Positions 7,382 through 14,871 of a stretch of 14,871 bases of DNA are shown in pieces. The notes under the pieces are model-generated. The model saw nothing but the letters and a program-made list of their open reading frames with translations, had not been told where the DNA came from and searched no databases. The translations under genes and the position numbers were made by a program. Within the stretch, counting starts at the first letter, position 1. Each line of letters starts with the position of its first letter. The DNA is from Candidatus Rokuibacteriota bacterium (GTDB lineage: Bacteria; Methylomirabilota; Methylomirabilia; Rokubacteriales; DASRDR01): the NCBI GenBank assembly GCA_044866005.1, contig JBIOTN010000131.1:1-14871 (forward strand), in the 5' to 3' direction.

Positions 7382-8854
7382 ATGGGGGAGCCCGGACCCG
7401 GCCTGAGAGCGCCCGGGGCGATCCTGCTCGTGGCGTGTTACGAGCTGGGCCACCAGCCACTCGCCGTGGCCTGGCCCGCCGCGTTCCTCGAGCGGCTCGG
7501 CTACGCGCCCGCCCTGCTCGACGTCTCGGTGGAGCCGTTCGACGCCGAGCGCGTCGCGCGGGCGCGGCTCGTGGCGATCTCGGTGCCCATGCACACGGCG
7601 CTGCGCCTCGGGGTCGGCGTGGCCGAGCGCGTGCGGGCGGTGAACCCGTCCGCCCACGTCTGCTTCTACGGTCTCTACGCGAGCCTGAACGCCGCGTACC
7701 TGCTCGCCCACGGCGCGGACTCCGTGATCGGCGGCGAGGCGGAGGCGCCGCTGGTCCAGCTCGTCGAGCGGCTCGCGGCGGGCACCGTCGGGGCCGTGCC
7801 TGGCGTCCGGACCGCCGCGGCACCCGCGGCGCCTCACCTCGCGAAGCTCGCCTTCCCCGTCCCGAGCCGGGCGACGCTGCCGCCGCTCCACAAGTACGCC
7901 CACCTCGTGCGGGCCGGCCGGCGCGAGCTGGTCGGCTACGTCGAGGCGAGCCGCGGCTGTCGCCACCGTTGCCGCCACTGCCCGATCCCGCCCGTCTACG
8001 GCGGGCGGTTCTTCGTGGTGCCGAAGGAGGTCTGCCTCGCCGACATCCGCCAGTGCGTGGCCGCGGGGGCCACTCACGTCACCTTCGGCGACCCCGACTT
8101 CCTGAACGGCCCGGGGCACGCGCTCGCGGTCGCCCGGGCGCTCCACGCCGAGTTCCCCGCGGTCACCTTCGACTTCACGGCGAAGATCGAGCACCTCCTC
8201 AAGCACCGCGCCCGGCTCTCCGACTTCGCCGCGCTCGGGTGCGTGTTCATCGTCTCCGCGGTCGAGTCGCTGAGCGACACCGTGCTGGCGCACCTCGAGA
8301 AGGGGCACACGGGCGCCGACGTGGTCGAGGTCGCGCGCGCCGTCCGCGCGGCGGGCATCGCGCTGCGGCCGACGTGGGTGCCGTTCACGCCCTGGACGAC
8401 CCTCGACGACTACCGGGCCATGCTCGACTTCGTCCAGGCCGGGGAACTGGTCGACCAGGTGGATCCGGTCCAGTACTCGATCCGCCTGCTGGTCCCGCCG
8501 GGCTCCCTCCTGCTCGAGAGCGAGGCGCTCCGCCCGTTCCTCGGTCCCCTGGTCGAGCCCGCCTTCTACTACCGGTGGACCCACCCCGACCCCCGGATGG
8601 ATCGGCTGCACGCGGCGGTGAGCGCCCTCGTGGAGCAGGCGGCGGAAGCCCGGGAGGATGCCGCCCTCACCTTCGACCGGGTGCGGGCGCTGGCCGACGG
8701 GGCGGCGGGCGACCGGCCGCATGCCCCCGTGGCGGCGGCTCTCGCGCCGGACCGCCCGCGTCCGCCCTACCTGACCGAGCCCTGGTTCTGCTGAGCGGAG
8801 CCCACCAGGGGCCAGTTGGCCCTGAGCGGCGCGTCGAGAGGCCTCGGCATTTAA
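7382..8854 (+). CDS. B12-binding-domain radical SAM (seleno)protein, CUAEP/CCAEP-tail family, 490 aa with Sec at TGA 8792-8794
   Basis: N-terminal cobalamin-binding-like domain and CxxxCxxC (CRHRCRHC, 7958-7981). Reading through TGA gives PYLTEPWFC-U-AEPTRGQLALSGASRGLGI* (TAA 8852-8854), the family signature. Confidence 0.9.
8806..8824 (+). promoter_or_regulatory. Putative bacterial SECIS hairpin
   Basis: CAGGGGCC-AGTT-GGCCCTG (7 bp plus one bulged G, GU in the loop), starting after an 11-nt spacer from the UGA, as in the E. coli fdhF SECIS geometry. Confidence 0.7.
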
Positions 8855-8855
8855 T

Positions 8856-8920
8856 TCGGAGGGGGCCTCGACGGCCCCCTCCGATCCCTCCCCCGGTGGA
8901 ATTGGGCCGGCAAAGCCGGC
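8856..8920. repeat. REP-like palindromic element / bidirectional terminator
   Basis: Perfect 12-bp stem TCGGAGGGGGCC-TCGAC-GGCCCCCTCCGA (8856-8884), then a C-run, then GCCGGC-AAA-GCCGGC (8906-8920). Lies between convergent genes. Confidence 0.55.
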
Positions 8921-8977
8921 GCTCGAAGCGGACCATCATCCGGTCGGCGGTTCGGCCAGCGGCCTCCGCCCGATCAA

Positions 8978-9484
8978 CTACGCGCCGGCGCCCGTCCGCG
9001 CCGCGGGCCAGGGCGTGACCTCGAAGTCGCCCCCCGTCACGCGGACCTCGAAGAGGGCGTCGAAGCCTTCCGCGTAGGTCGGCCGCTCCAGGCGTTTGGC
9101 GGCGGCGAAGATCGCGACGTCCGGCACCCGCTCGCGCCCTTCCCGCTGACGGTTCCGGGTGAGGCAGGCCGCGACGGGCGCCTCGAAGAAGTAGCCGTGG
9201 ACCCGGGCGCGGTGGGCGCGCGCGAGCTCGATCAGCGGCGCGCGGTCCGCGACGCGCGCGTTGACGTTGTCCACGACGACGGAGCGCCCCTCCCGGAGCG
9301 CCTCGGCGATCAGCTCGCGCTGTCGCGCTTCCCGGCTCCGAGCGCTCCGCAACAGATCCTTGCTGACGTGGCGGTGCGTCGCGGCGAACCGACGCTGGTA
9401 GAACGTGCTCTTGCCGGAAGCGGGGAGGCCGACGAGGAGGATGAGGTCAGCCGGCGGCGGTGCCGCGGCGGGTGAGCTCGTCAC
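8978..9484 (-). CDS. AAA_33 / polynucleotide-kinase-like P-loop kinase
   Basis: Walker A LLVGLPASGKST, SVVVDNVN, lid CLTRNRQR, and C-terminal P-T-Y-A-EGFD. The GTG start overlaps the upstream regulator's end by 38 bp. Confidence 0.85.
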   Translation of the reverse strand: MTSSPAAAPPPADLILLVGLPASGKSTFYQRRFAATHRHVSKDLLRSARSREARQRELIAEALREGRSVVVDNVNARVADRAPLIELARAHRARVHGYFFEAPVAACLTRNRQREGRERVPDVAIFAAAKRLERPTYAEGFDALFEVRVTGGDFEVTPWPAARTGAGA

Positions 9485-9836
9485 ACAGCTTGAGCAGCTT
9501 CGGGATGTCGGGGGGCTTCGGCAGGACCGCGGCGGCGCCGAGGCGGAGGGCCTCGGCCTCCCAGTTCCGGCCGAGATAGGCGGAGAGGATGACGACGCGG
9601 GCGTCCGGCGCCACCGTGTTGAGGTACCGGAGCGCCGTGAGCCCGTCCATGCGCGGCATCACGAGGTCGAGGAGGACGAAGTCGAACGGGCTCTGGCGCG
9701 CCAGCTCGATCGCCTCTTCGCCGTCGGTGGCGGTCATGACCTCGTAGCCCTCCCCGCGCAGGATCTTCTCGAAGGTGGCCGTGATCGCCGCGTCGTCGTC
9801 CACGACCAGGACTCGGCGGCGTCGCGCCTCGGACAT
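9447..9836 (-). CDS. Single-domain (CheY-like) response regulator
   Basis: VLVVDDD, phosphoacceptor LLDLVMPRMDG, VVILSA, LPKP. No output domain. G-rich RBS before ATG 9836. Confidence 0.92.
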   Translation of the reverse strand: MSEARRRRVLVVDDDAAITATFEKILRGEGYEVMTATDGEEAIELARQSPFDFVLLDLVMPRMDGLTALRYLNTVAPDARVVILSAYLGRNWEAEALRLGAAAVLPKPPDIPKLLKLCDELTRRGTAAG

Positions 9837-9879
9837 CGAACCCCCTTCCGCCCCCGCGGGGCGCCCGGGCATCGCTCAC

Positions 9880-9909
9880 ACCCTACCGCGTCCGGCGCGG
9901 CCTTGGCAA
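9880..9909 (-). promoter_or_regulatory. Possible sigma-70 promoter of the regulator-kinase operon
   Basis: Minus strand TTGCCA-N18-TAGGGT. Confidence 0.3.
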
Positions 9910-10021
9910 TCGGGTGTCCTGCCTGGCCGCCGGACCCGGCGCGGCCGGCGCGCGCGGCCGCGGGGTACAATAGCGCCGGCTCGGTCGGCCCGCGTCGCGC
10001 GCGCGCCGGAGGGAGAGGCGG

Positions 10022-11662
10022 ATGCAGGGTCTGATGATGGACTATCCGCTCACGCTCACCCACTTCTTCGAGCGGAGCCGCCGCCTCTTTCCCGGAAAGA
10101 CGATCGCGTCGCGGCTCCCGGCGGGCGGCGTCTTCCGGTACACCTGCGCCGAGTTCGCCGAGCGCACGGCCCGGCTCGCGGGCGCGCTCGCCGGGCTCGG
10201 CGTGGGGCCCGGGGACCGGGTCGGGACCTTCGCCTGGAACTCGCACCGGCACCTCGAGCTCTACTGGGCGGCGCCCCTCAGCGGGGCGGTCCTCCACACG
10301 GTCAACATCCGCCTCGCCCCCCGGGACATCGCCTACATCATCAGCCACGCGGGGGACACGGTGCTCGTCGTCGATCGGAGCCTCTGGTCGATCATCGAGC
10401 CCCTCCGCACGGAGCTCCGGACGGTCCGCCACTACGTCGTCATGCCCGACGTGGAGGGGCCCACCGAGCCCGGCGCGCTCGAGTACGAGGCCTTGCTGGC
10501 GGCGGCGACGCCCGCGCCGGCCTGGCCCGCCCTCGACGAGCATCAGGCCGCCGGGATGTGCTACACGTCGGGGACGACCGGCCATCCCAAGGGCGTCGTC
10601 TACAGCCACCGCGCCGTCTTCCTCCACTCGATGGCCCTGGCGATGGCCGACACGTTCGGCCTCTCCGAGCGGGACGTGATCCTGCACATCGTGCCGATGT
10701 TCCACGCCAACGCCTGGTGCCTGCCGTTCGCCGCGGTGATGGCCGGCGCGACGCAGGTCTTTCCCGGGCCGAACCCGCAGCCCCGCGACCTGGCCCGCCT
10801 CATCGAGGGGGAGCGGGTGACGTTCCTCGGGGCCGTCCCGACCGTGTGGATCGCGCTCAAGGAGCTCTGCGAGAAGGAGCCCTTCGACCTCTCCTCGATC
10901 CGGCGCGTCGCCATCGGGGGCTCGGCCGCGCCGCGGAGCCTCATCGAGGCGTTCGAGAAGAAGTTCGGCGTGACGATGACCCACGCCTGGGGCATGACGG
11001 AGATGACGCCGCTGGGGACCGTCGCGCGCCTGAAGTCGCACATGGAGGCGTGGCCCGACGATCAGCGGTACGCCGCGCGGGCCAGGCAGGGGTACGCGGT
11101 CGCCGGCGTGGACCTGCGCGCCGTGGACGAGCAGGGGCGCGAGGTCCCCTGGGACGGCAAGACGGTGGGCGAGCTCCAGGTGCGAGGGCCCTGGGTCGCG
11201 AAGGCCTACTACGACAACCCCCAGGAGGCGAAGCAGTTCACCGCGGACGGCTGGTTCAGGACCGGTGACGTCGTCGCCATCGACCCCGAGGGGTACATCC
11301 AGATCACCGATCGGGCGAAGGACCTCATCAAGTCCGGCGGCGAGTGGATCTCGAGCGTGGACCTCGAGGGCCTGCTCATGTCGCACCCCCAGGTGCTGGA
11401 GGCCGCCGTGATCGCCGTCCCGCACCCGCGATGGGTCGAGCGCCCGCTCGCCTGTGTCGTCCCCAAGCCGGAATACCGGGACACCCTGACCGAGGCCGCG
11501 CTCCTGGAGTTCCTGCGCCCGCAGCTCCCGAAATGGTGGCTGCCGGACGGGGTGGTGTTCCTGGCGGCGATCCCGAAGACGGGCGTCGGGAAGTTCGACA
11601 AGAAAGCCCTCCGGGAGCAGTTCAAGAGCTGGCCGCCGCCGCCGCGCGGTCAGCCGGCCTGA
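10022..11662 (+). CDS. Medium/long-chain fatty acid-CoA ligase (AlkK/DmdB-like AMP-dependent synthetase)
   Basis: YTSGTTGHPKGVVYSHR, VPMFHANAW, WGMTEMTP, GWFRTGD, DRAKDLIKSGGEWISS, PKTGVGKFDKK. GGGAGAGG RBS. Confidence 0.95.
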   Translation: MQGLMMDYPLTLTHFFERSRRLFPGKTIASRLPAGGVFRYTCAEFAERTARLAGALAGLGVGPGDRVGTFAWNSHRHLELYWAAPLSGAVLHTVNIRLAPRDIAYIISHAGDTVLVVDRSLWSIIEPLRTELRTVRHYVVMPDVEGPTEPGALEYEALLAAATPAPAWPALDEHQAAGMCYTSGTTGHPKGVVYSHRAVFLHSMALAMADTFGLSERDVILHIVPMFHANAWCLPFAAVMAGATQVFPGPNPQPRDLARLIEGERVTFLGAVPTVWIALKELCEKEPFDLSSIRRVAIGGSAAPRSLIEAFEKKFGVTMTHAWGMTEMTPLGTVARLKSHMEAWPDDQRYAARARQGYAVAGVDLRAVDEQGREVPWDGKTVGELQVRGPWVAKAYYDNPQEAKQFTADGWFRTGDVVAIDPEGYIQITDRAKDLIKSGGEWISSVDLEGLLMSHPQVLEAAVIAVPHPRWVERPLACVVPKPEYRDTLTEAALLEFLRPQLPKWWLPDGVVFLAAIPKTGVGKFDKKALREQFKSWPPPPRGQPA

Positions 11663-11805
11663 GGGGATCCGGCGCCGGGACCTCCCGGCGCCCGGCCCGG
11701 GCCGCGTCGTAAACCCGACAGCTTCTCGCTCTCGCCCCGGCCTGCGGGCCACGCCCCGTCAACGATTCCCGCGACTTCAGCCGTTGCGGACGCCTTCCGC
11801 GTCCC

Positions 11806-11820
11806 GGGCACCGGGATTGC
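11806..11820 (+). promoter_or_regulatory. Sigma-54-like -24/-12 motif
   Basis: GGGCAC-CGGGA-TTGC, 45 bp upstream of the small membrane protein ATG. Confidence 0.55.
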
Positions 11821-11865
11821 TCAGTCCCAGGCGCAATCGACGCGGAAGGAGGAAAGACGGCGGCC

Positions 11866-12018
11866 ATGCTGACAATCCTGCTGATCATCCTGATCCTGAT
11901 GCTGGTCGGGGCGCTCCCGACCTGGCCCTACAGCGCGAGCTGGGGGTACTACCCGAGCGGGGGGCTGGGGCTCATCCTGCTGATCGTCATCATCTTGCTT
12001 CTCACGGGCCGCGCTTGA
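11866..12018 (+). CDS. DUF3309-family small membrane protein (50 aa; absent from the ORF track)
   Basis: MLTILLIILILMLVGALPTWPYSASWGYYPSGGLGLILLIVIILLLTGRA*. GALPxWxxSxxWGYxPSGGLG signature. AGGAGG upstream. Confidence 0.92.
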   Translation: MLTILLIILILMLVGALPTWPYSASWGYYPSGGLGLILLIVIILLLTGRA

Positions 12019-12063
12019 CGGCCGCGTGAGAGCCCGCGGGCCACAGGCCGGCGCCGCGCGAGC

Positions 12064-12077
12064 GGTACCGGCCTTGC
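12064..12077 (+). promoter_or_regulatory. Sigma-54-like -24/-12 motif
   Basis: GGTAC-CGGCC-TTGC(A), GG-N10-GC, upstream of the 12151 gene. Confidence 0.4.
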
Positions 12078-12150
12078 ACCCGTGGCCGCAGACGAGTCGG
12101 GCGCGCCCTCGGCCCTCGAGCGGGAACTGACCCAGAAAGGAGCCACGCGT

Positions 12151-12897
12151 ATGAAAACGCTCATCGTCCCGGCGCTCGCGCTCGGGGTGGCGGTCGCGGT
12201 GGCCGCTCCGGCGCTCGCCCAGCGGGCGGGGACCACCGCACCGGGCGGCGCACCGGCGCCGACCGCCCCGGCGCCAGCCACGAGCCCCGGCGCCCAGTCC
12301 ACCACGCCGGGCTCCTTCACGACGAGCCCGGGGACTCAGGCGACGACGCCCGGTACGGGCACGACCGCGCCCGGGTCGGCGCCTACCGGCACCACGGCGG
12401 CCCCGAGTGTCTCCGGCACGCCGACCGTGAACTGCCCGCCGGCGGTCACCAGCGGAACGCCGACCGCTCCGGCGACGCCGAGCGGCCCCACGACGTTGTC
12501 GGGAAGCCCGTCCGGCATCGCGGTGGGGAGCCCCTCAGGGATCGCGACCACGGGGCCCCTGCCCGGGTCCCCGGCGGCGACGACGCCGTCCGCGAGCGTG
12601 CCGCCGTCCGGCGCCCCCGCCACCACGCCGTCCGGCACGACCGCGATCAGCGGCGCGCCTTCGGCGGCGGGTACCGCGCCCGGCAGCCCGAGCGGGGTCG
12701 CCCTCGGCTCCCCGAGCGGCCTCAACACGCCGAGCGTGACCGGCTCTCCGAGCGGCGTCGCGACGACGTCTCCCTCGGTGGCCGGCTCGACGACCGGCAC
12801 CGGAACCCCCAGCGTCGGCGGCTCGATCGGCGGTCTGGGCGCCGGCATGCCGACCGGCTCCGTCACCGCGGGAGGATCTGTCGCCGCGGCCTGCTGA
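12151..12897 (+). CDS. Secreted low-complexity Pro/Thr/Ser/Gly/Ala-rich protein (248 aa)
   Basis: AAAGGAG RBS. Sec signal peptide MKTLIVPALALGVAVAVAAPALA|Q. Five GSPSG motifs. Ends in Cys. Confidence 0.85.
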   Translation: MKTLIVPALALGVAVAVAAPALAQRAGTTAPGGAPAPTAPAPATSPGAQSTTPGSFTTSPGTQATTPGTGTTAPGSAPTGTTAAPSVSGTPTVNCPPAVTSGTPTAPATPSGPTTLSGSPSGIAVGSPSGIATTGPLPGSPAATTPSASVPPSGAPATTPSGTTAISGAPSAAGTAPGSPSGVALGSPSGLNTPSVTGSPSGVATTSPSVAGSTTGTGTPSVGGSIGGLGAGMPTGSVTAGGSVAAAC

Positions 12898-12921
12898 GCC
12901 GCGCTCCGCACTCAGGCGACC

Positions 12922-12955
12922 CCACGAGCGCCGGGCTGCCCCCCGGCGCTCGTGG
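12922..12955 (+). terminator. Terminator-like hairpin
   Basis: Perfect 14-bp stem CCACGAGCGCCGGG / CCCGGCGCTCGTGG with a 6-nt loop, 24 bp after the stop. Weak U-tract. Confidence 0.6.
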
Positions 12956-13312
12956 CGTCTCGAGCTCCACTCCCGCCTCTCCGCACGGATAAGTTGATCC
13001 GGCGCCTCGCCGCCGGCTACACTCTCCAGGTTTCCCTGCTCCTCACCGTCAGCAACGCGGCACGCGGGAGGGCTGCCAGCGGTGCGTCGTGGCCGTCACC
13101 TTTCCGCTTCGGCGCCAACGCTGGCGCCATGCCCGGCCCGCGAGAGGCGGGAAGCGCGTCGTCGTCGTGAGCCGAGCCCGGCACGCCGGACCCCAGATTC
13201 GGGAATCCTCTACCCGGGCCCGCGCGCCGCCGGTTGGACGCCGCACGGTGTGGGTGACGCAGAACCGCCCGTTTTCCTGGCGCTTTGTCCCGCCGAGCCG
13301 CGCCCCGCGCCG

Positions 13313-13327
13313 TGGCACACTTCCTGC
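13313..13327 (+). promoter_or_regulatory. Sigma-54-like -24/-12 motif upstream of the MFS gene
   Basis: TGGCAC-ACTTC-CTGC: perfect -24 element, one mismatch at -12. Confidence 0.45.
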
Positions 13328-13407
13328 GCCACTCCCCGGCCCATGCGTACCGTCCAATTCCCGAGGCGGCGCCTGCCCGCCGCGCGCGCGCCGTGGTCCC
13401 ACCCGAC

Positions 13408-14679
13408 GTGGCCCTCCTGAGCCGGTTCCAGTCGTTGGCCGGAGGCAGCGGTGCGGCGGAGTTCACTCCCGACGTATGCCGGGCGCTGCGCGTCGACATC
13501 TCGGCGGCATGGCTCCTGTCGGGCTTCTCCTGTCTCACGGTCCCGTTCACCGGCCTCATCCTCCGGCGGGACCTCGAGGCGACGCCGTTCCAGCTCTCCA
13601 TCATGGCGGCGGCGAGCGCGGCGTGTCTGCTGCTCTCGCTCGGATGGGCGCGGGTCGTCGATGGCCGCCGCCCGCTTCCCTACGTCGTCTGGCCGGGGTT
13701 CGTGGCGCGGGCGCTCTTCCTGCTCGCGCCCCTGGTCACCTCGGCGTGGCCGCTCATCGCGATCCTGGTGGCCGGCAACTTCTGCGGGGCCGTGTCGAGC
13801 CCGGCCCAGGCGGCGCTCGTGCAGCGGGTCTATCCCCACGCGCAACGGGGGCGCGCTCTGGGGCGGGTCAGGATGGCCGCGGGCCTGCCCGGGATCGCGC
13901 TGGCGATCGCGGGCGGGGCGCTGCTCGCCCTCGTCCACTACCGCTGGCTCTTCCCCATGGCCGCCCTGCTCGGGATGGCCGCCAGCCTGCGCCTGCGTCA
14001 GATGCCGGTCCCCGAGGGGGGCCAGGAGCCGGTCGAGCGGACCGGGCTGCGGGAGGCCTGGGCCACCGTGCGCGAGGACACCGGATTCCGGGCGCTGCTG
14101 ACCACCCACTTCCTCTTCGGCGCCGGCATCTGGATGCAGATGCCGGCGAACCCGCTCTTGCTGGCCGACGTGCTCCACGCGACGACGATGCAGCTCGGGC
14201 TCTGCGCGGCGCTGGCCGCGGTGGCGGCCTTCGTCGGGAACGCCTACTGGGGGCGACTCATCGACCGCGTGGGGAGCGCGAGAACACTCCGCGCCGTGTA
14301 CGCGGTCGGGGCGGTGACCCCGCTCCTCTACTACACGGCGTGGAGCCCCTGGGTCTTGCTCGTGACCGCCGTGCTCGAGTCGGTCATGACGACCGGCCTC
14401 GATCTGGTCTGGATGCTGGCCGTCATCGACGTCGCGGGGCGGGGCCGGACGACGCAGTACATGGCGATCTCCGTCACGCTCGCCGGTGTCCGCGGGGTCG
14501 GCGGTCCGCTCCTGAGCGGCTTCGTGATCGCGCACGCCGGCGTGCACGCCGTGTACCTGATCGCCGCGGCCACGATGACGCTCGCGGCCTGCCTCATGAG
14601 CCGCCAGGTGGCAGTCGCGACCCGCCGCGCCCTGTCGGGAGCCCCCGTGCGCCGGCTCGGCGGCTCCCCCGCCGCCTAG
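13408..14679 (+). CDS. MFS transporter (start uncertain; GTG 13393 or 13408)
   Basis: About 12 hydrophobic segments in two halves. Motif-A-like WGRLIDRVGSAR, plus YPHAQRGRALG and VRGVGGPLLSG. Confidence 0.88.
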   Translation: MALLSRFQSLAGGSGAAEFTPDVCRALRVDISAAWLLSGFSCLTVPFTGLILRRDLEATPFQLSIMAAASAACLLLSLGWARVVDGRRPLPYVVWPGFVARALFLLAPLVTSAWPLIAILVAGNFCGAVSSPAQAALVQRVYPHAQRGRALGRVRMAAGLPGIALAIAGGALLALVHYRWLFPMAALLGMAASLRLRQMPVPEGGQEPVERTGLREAWATVREDTGFRALLTTHFLFGAGIWMQMPANPLLLADVLHATTMQLGLCAALAAVAAFVGNAYWGRLIDRVGSARTLRAVYAVGAVTPLLYYTAWSPWVLLVTAVLESVMTTGLDLVWMLAVIDVAGRGRTTQYMAISVTLAGVRGVGGPLLSGFVIAHAGVHAVYLIAAATMTLAACLMSRQVAVATRRALSGAPVRRLGGSPAA

Positions 14680-14781
14680 CCACCCGGTGAGAGCTGCTCG
14701 CCTCGCGTCGCGTGACCGCAACGGTCACAGGGTTCCGCTCCGAGCGCCGGCTCGGCCGGCGCAAACATTCCGGGGGGGTTT

Positions 14782-14811
14782 CTCAAAGGGGGGCAGCGCC
14801 CCCCCTTTGAG
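14782..14811. repeat. REP-like G/C-run palindrome
   Basis: CTCAAAGGGGGG-CAGCGC-CCCCCCTTTGAG, 12-bp stem, preceded by a G7 run. Confidence 0.5.
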
Positions 14812-14818
14812 GAGCTAG

Positions 14819-14871
14819 GAGCCTGTCGGAGTAAGCCGGCGCACCGCAACGCTCGGGACGTTCCACTCCGA
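14819..14871. mobile_element. Possible left end of an IS/MITE inserted at CTAG (partial)
   Basis: CTAG (14815-14818) is followed by GAGCCTGTCGGAGTAA, which resembles IS5/IS1182-type termini. The partner repeat is not in the window. Confidence 0.3.

Noticed and set aside
7328..8722. N-terminal extension making the K+ channel 861 aa
   Set aside because: Antisense to the radical SAM gene. Channel-like sequence begins near ATG 7327.
9734..11752. 672-aa minus-strand ORF
   Set aside because: Antisense shadow of the acyl-CoA ligase.
7382..12897. RiPP cluster (radical SAM + peptidase + repeat protein + MFS)
   Set aside because: The genes are dispersed, in mixed orientation and separated by unrelated genes. 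The radical SAM has no SPASM or RRE features, and the repeat protein has a Sec signal peptide.
13020..13225. Lysine or glycine riboswitch (GTAGAGG, GCCGAAG and GAAAGG words on the minus strand)
   Set aside because: Motif order and spacing do not fit either family, and no gene lies downstream on that strand.
13089..14721. 533-aa plus and 503-aa minus ORFs over the MFS gene
   Set aside because: Alternative-frame shadows with no domain features.
1..14871. CRISPR array or other regularly spaced short repeat array
   Set aside because: None seen. Repeats are limited to the 729-bp duplication, IS ends, palindromes and coding GSPSG repeats.

Overview
GC-rich bacterial window. A Rokubacteria/Methylomirabilota-like origin is an impression only and was not tested. 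The left end (1-1188) looks like the end of an integrated element: a gene tail, a 701-bp internally deleted IS1634-family element with intact inverted repeats and a CTAG duplication, a decayed segment, and a 25-bp tRNA (probably Glu) 3' fragment marking an att site. Next come a type I-alpha DAHP synthase and a 729-bp tandem duplication (~20 substitutions, 11-bp junction microhomology) that creates a stand-alone signal peptide + propeptide gene in front of an intact subtilase. These are followed by a coiled-coil gene behind a promoter with tandem NrdR-like boxes and a cyclic-nucleotide-gated K+ channel. Divergent from the channel is a B12-binding radical SAM gene whose apparent TGA stop is very probably selenocysteine (C-U-A-E-P tail plus SECIS-like hairpin). 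The rest holds an AAA_33/PNK-like kinase, a single-domain response regulator, an acyl-CoA ligase, a DUF3309-type small membrane protein, a secreted GSPSG-repeat protein, an MFS transporter and a possible IS end. Several genes carry sigma-54-like -24/-12 motifs. I found no clear multi-gene novel system. The best leads are the selenoprotein recoding, the propeptide-only duplicate and NrdR-like control of a non-RNR gene.
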